From Eledone cirrhosa (Eukaryota), in contig CAXHJY010001314.1 in NCBI GenBank assembly GCA_964016885.1, positions 1 through 43,368 of the forward strand: a DNA stretch of 43,368 nucleotides, written 5' to 3'. Numbering within the stretch: the first letter of the stretch is position 1; each line of letters starts with the position of its first letter. Shown one piece after another: positions 36,282 through 43,368 of this stretch. The notes beneath the pieces were generated by a model. The model searched no databases and had not been told where the DNA came from. It saw nothing but the letters and a program-made list of their open reading frames with translations. A program made the translations under genes and the position numbers.

Positions 36282-38334
36282 ACACACACTTAAAGAAAAA
36301 TTCCCTAACCATATTTTGGGGCTTTATCGCGACGATGGTCTAATACTTTCCCATAGCACCATAGGCCATAACTTAGATAGATTAAGGAAAGACTTAATAA
36401 AAACCTTTGCTAGTTTCAATCTTAAAATTACTATTGACACTAACCTTTCCAATGTTAATTTCCTAGATATAAACCTAGATTTGCCTACTGCTTCTTATAA
36501 ACCATACCATAAACCTAATGAAAATTTAAAATATATAAATAAAGGCTCTTGCCATCCTCCTATAGTTTTTAAAAACCTTATCCCTAATATTAGCCGTAGG
36601 ATTTCCACCCTCTCTTCCTCAAAAGCTATTTTCAATAAGGCATCCCCCTACTATAATAAAGCCCTCCAAAATAGCGGATTTAGCGAACCGATTAAATACA
36701 TACCCAACTATACTAACTCTTTTAAACATAAAAATAGGAAAAGAAAAATAATCTGGTTCACACCCCCCTACTCTCTAGCAGTTAAAACTAATGTAGGCAA
36801 AAAATTCCTAGAGCTTTTAGATACACATTTCCCTAGAACACATAGATACTATAAGATCTTTAATAGAAACTGTGTCAAAATTAGCTACTCCTGCGGTCCC
36901 CCTATTAAATCTTATATCATCAACAAAAAAAATCACCTAGAGAACATCAAAATTGCTCCTGTAGAGTCAAAAGTGAATGCCCATTACAAGATAAATGCAA
37001 CACCAAAGCCATTGTATATGCGGCTAAAGTGACAATCATCAGCAACAACCAACCAGCCACCAGTGAACGATATGTGGGTATGACACAAGACAAATTCAAA
37101 ACGCGTTATTACTCACATGTCGCATCCTTTCGACATCCAGAAAAAAGATTCACAACAGCTCTGGCTAGCAGAATATGGGATTTGAAAGACCAAGGTATCC
37201 AATATAAATTGGATTGGTCAATTTTGAACCAATCTAAAGAATATGCAAGAGGAACAAGAAAATGCACTCTCTGCATAAATGAAAAATATTGGATTTTACA
37301 AATCCTTAAATCACCAAAAACCTGCCTAAATACAAAGACAGAAATTTTCACCAGTTGCCCACACATGAAATCACACTTGCTTTCCAGCTCATATAAACTT
37401 AACTCACTTTCAGATACTTATCCTCCATAAGCTCTTATTGTTCACTTAAATTTTTCTCTTTAAAGACTACTCTTTCTGATTTACTTTCATTTTTAACCTT
37501 ATTATTAATTTTATTTTTATTTTTACTTCACATCTACCAGTAACCCCCCTTTATTCTTCGATTCACTTACCTAATATCTTCACTTTCCACATTTTATTTC
37601 CCTATTTTCTTTACTACCTGATTACACAGGTCACTTGCATTTTCCACTCTAGATATTTTCTGTTATTTCGCAGCCAATTTTATATTTTTATATTTGTACT
37701 CATTTATTCATAAGGCTGCTTTACACCCTGTATCTATGTGTCTGAGCGTCTTTACGTGTGTATATGTTCTGTATATGTACACGAACGCCTTCGTATGTGC
37801 GCGTGCGTGCGTGTATATATGTGTATGTATGTGTGTTTTTATATCTGTTTTTACATCTATGTTTTTTACATTCTTATTTTTATGTGTGTGCGTGTAAGCG
37901 GGTCTATGTACGTGAATATGTTTGTGTGTATGTGTGTATATATGTATTGTATGTATGGGTCTGTATGTGTGCGTGTATATATATATATATACAGTCGTGT
38001 ACGTATGTGTGATTAGATATACATGGGGCGATATGTATGTATATGTATACGTGCATCCTGTGTATGTATGTACGCATGCATACGCTTTTGTCTGTATGTA
38101 TTGCGTGTATATATATATTTTTTTATAAATATATGTTTTTTATAGATATATGTGTATGTACGCGTGTATATTTTCTTTTCTTTTCTCTAGTGTTAATTGA
38201 CTAATTTCTCTTTCATTTAAAAATTTTTTCTTTCTCATATATTGATTCATTTTTATACATATATTGAGAATGACACTTTCTTTTAATTATTACACTCCCT
38301 TCCCCCTTTATCTTCTGCATATAAGTGATCGCGC

Positions 38335-38369
<35 letters not shown>

Positions 38370-38876
38370 TACGCGTGCTTTCATATTCATGTGTATCTAA
38401 TACCTGCTTCTGGATTCGTGTCAACTAGATTATATACGTATTTGTGGTCACATATACACAAATATACTTGCGCTCATGTGTACTTACGCACACATTTTCA
38501 CCGTATACACGCATTTGTACATACATACATATGTACATTTGTGAGTGTATATACATACATATACACACACCTAACTATATTTCCTTATATTTTTTATATA
38601 TTTTATATGTCTATTGCATTACCTTTATTTATATATATATATATTTTTTTTTGTATTTCTTGAGGAGACTTTCCAAATGTTTCACTATGTTTTATATTGC
38701 CTTGTCCGACGAACGAATGGGGACGTTTCTTTCGTATTCGGTAAACCTCTGGTAATGAGGTAATTATATTGTATTGTTTATTATACATTAAATTTTGCTC
38801 TGGTACTTACATAGAGCACTCTTCACTCCTATGACTTTTTCAAAATTCAACGGAAACTTCAATACCTATATTATAT
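36282..38876 (+). mobile_element. 5'-truncated Penelope-like element, Naiad-like (RT C-terminal half, CxCx5C linker, GIY-YIG, long 3' UTR)
   Basis: GLYRDDGL (YRDD at 36325-36336), NFLDINLDL, PYHKPN, RKRKIIWFTPPYS; after a frameshift near 36925 CSCRVKSECPLQDKC..AIVY...YVGMT..FKTRY..H, KCTLCINEK, LNTKTE; stop at 37430. Confidence 0.88.
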
Positions 38877-38877
38877 A

Positions 38878-39915
38878 CTAGCATTAAAGCCCAGCGTTGC
38901 TCGGGGTCATTAAGTTACCAAAGTTAGGTTGCACCACCCATTTTATGGCAGCACTTTTTTCTGCCAGGCACTGGGTGAATGAATTGCAGACCTGGAAGCA
39001 GGAGCTGCACCAGCAGTGACAATTGTAGTTTCGCCTATGGATATTATCTCTGTGCAAAAAAGTGTTGAAATTTATTGTTTCACAGTACTTGCACAACACA
39101 CGCGTAGACGATGCCAGCCGAACAGAGCTGCGATGGAGTTGTTCTGCATGGTTGTCTGTGTGTTTTCTAAATTTAAGACAGTAGGGAGGGTTGTGATATG
39201 AGGGAGAGTTAGCTGTTGTTTCTAGCAGGTTTAGTGACCTCATAGAGGATATGTGTTTTCTAAATTTAAGACAGTAGGGAGTGGTGTGATATGGGGGAGA
39301 GTTAGCTGCTGTTTGTAGCAGGTTTAGTGACCTTATAGAAGATATGTTTTCTAAATTTAAGACATTAGGGAGAGGTGTGGTATGGGGAAAAGTTAGCTGC
39401 TGCTTCTAGCAGGTTTAGTGACCTCATAGAGGATATTGTTTATCATTATCTATAAAAGGCATATTGTTGTTGTTGAAGTGAGTGTGTGTTTGTATGCGTT
39501 TGGAAAAGAGGTTTTAAAAAAGATTTATCGCTTGTTGTTGAATAAATGTATCTGTATAAAAGAGAAAGTAGAAAAATGTGTGGGTTGTAGTTAGAGGTAT
39601 GCAGATGATATGAGAGAGTAAAACGGACAGTATCACCATTAAGCTTGGAAAGAGAAAGTAGCAGGAAGTATGAAGTTGTATAGATTTTGAACGGTAGTGG
39701 AAACAGTTTAGCAGTTTAGATGACAGAAAAATCGTAAAATATTGAGTTTTATCTATTTTTTGCGTAATTGTGGTGAAATTGAAAAAATTATCTGGGCCAA
39801 GACACAATCGAAGCTATTTCGAATACTGAATTGTAAATTTCAATTTAAGAAATTCTATATCGTAGATTTCTATAAGAAAGGAGCATGACGCCACACTGAG
39901 CTTTATAGATTATGA
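38878..39915 (-). mobile_element. Non-autonomous Helitron with internal triplication (39162-39435, 91-94 bp unit)
   Basis: Minus strand A|TC(ataa)tctataaagctc ... cccgagcaacgctgggctttaatgCTAG|T; the 5' end could be 39909 or 39915. Confidence 0.75.

Positions 39916-43368
<3,453 letters not shown>

Noticed and set aside
36282-37430. Selenocysteine recoding as reported for some Naiad elements
   Set aside because: No in-frame TGA at a Cys position is visible; the TGA at 37030 results from a frameshift.

Overview
Eukaryotic, AT-rich, repeat-saturated DNA with no complete host gene. It is most likely intronic or intergenic sequence from a mollusc (the repeat landscape fits Octopus; this is inference). 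Contents: one near full-length but disrupted RTE-clade LINE (APE endonuclease, RT, and a PHD-type finger inside the RT region); remnants of other LINEs (second RTE, Rex3/Expander-like RTE, CR1/L2-like, L1/Tx1-like, I/Ingi-like); two 5'-truncated Penelope-like elements (Neptune-like and Naiad-like GIY-YIG); several tRNA-derived and RTE-derived SINE families; three non-autonomous Helitrons; TTAA-flanked MITEs; and very long (TA)n/(CA)n tracts. Most ORFs in the track are microsatellite artefacts. Highlights: about nine type I hammerhead ribozyme motifs, several within fold-back structures; both Penelope copies joined at their 5' truncation to RTE-derived sequence; three minisatellites built from LINE C-terminal coding sequence; a covarying pseudoknot plus hairpin module shared by the RTE 5' UTR and RTE-derived SINEs; and, on the minus strand, a textbook recursive-splice-like site (branch point, polypyrimidine tract, AG|GTAAGT) plus frame-preserving candidate small exons, which suggest the window lies in very large introns of a minus-strand gene.
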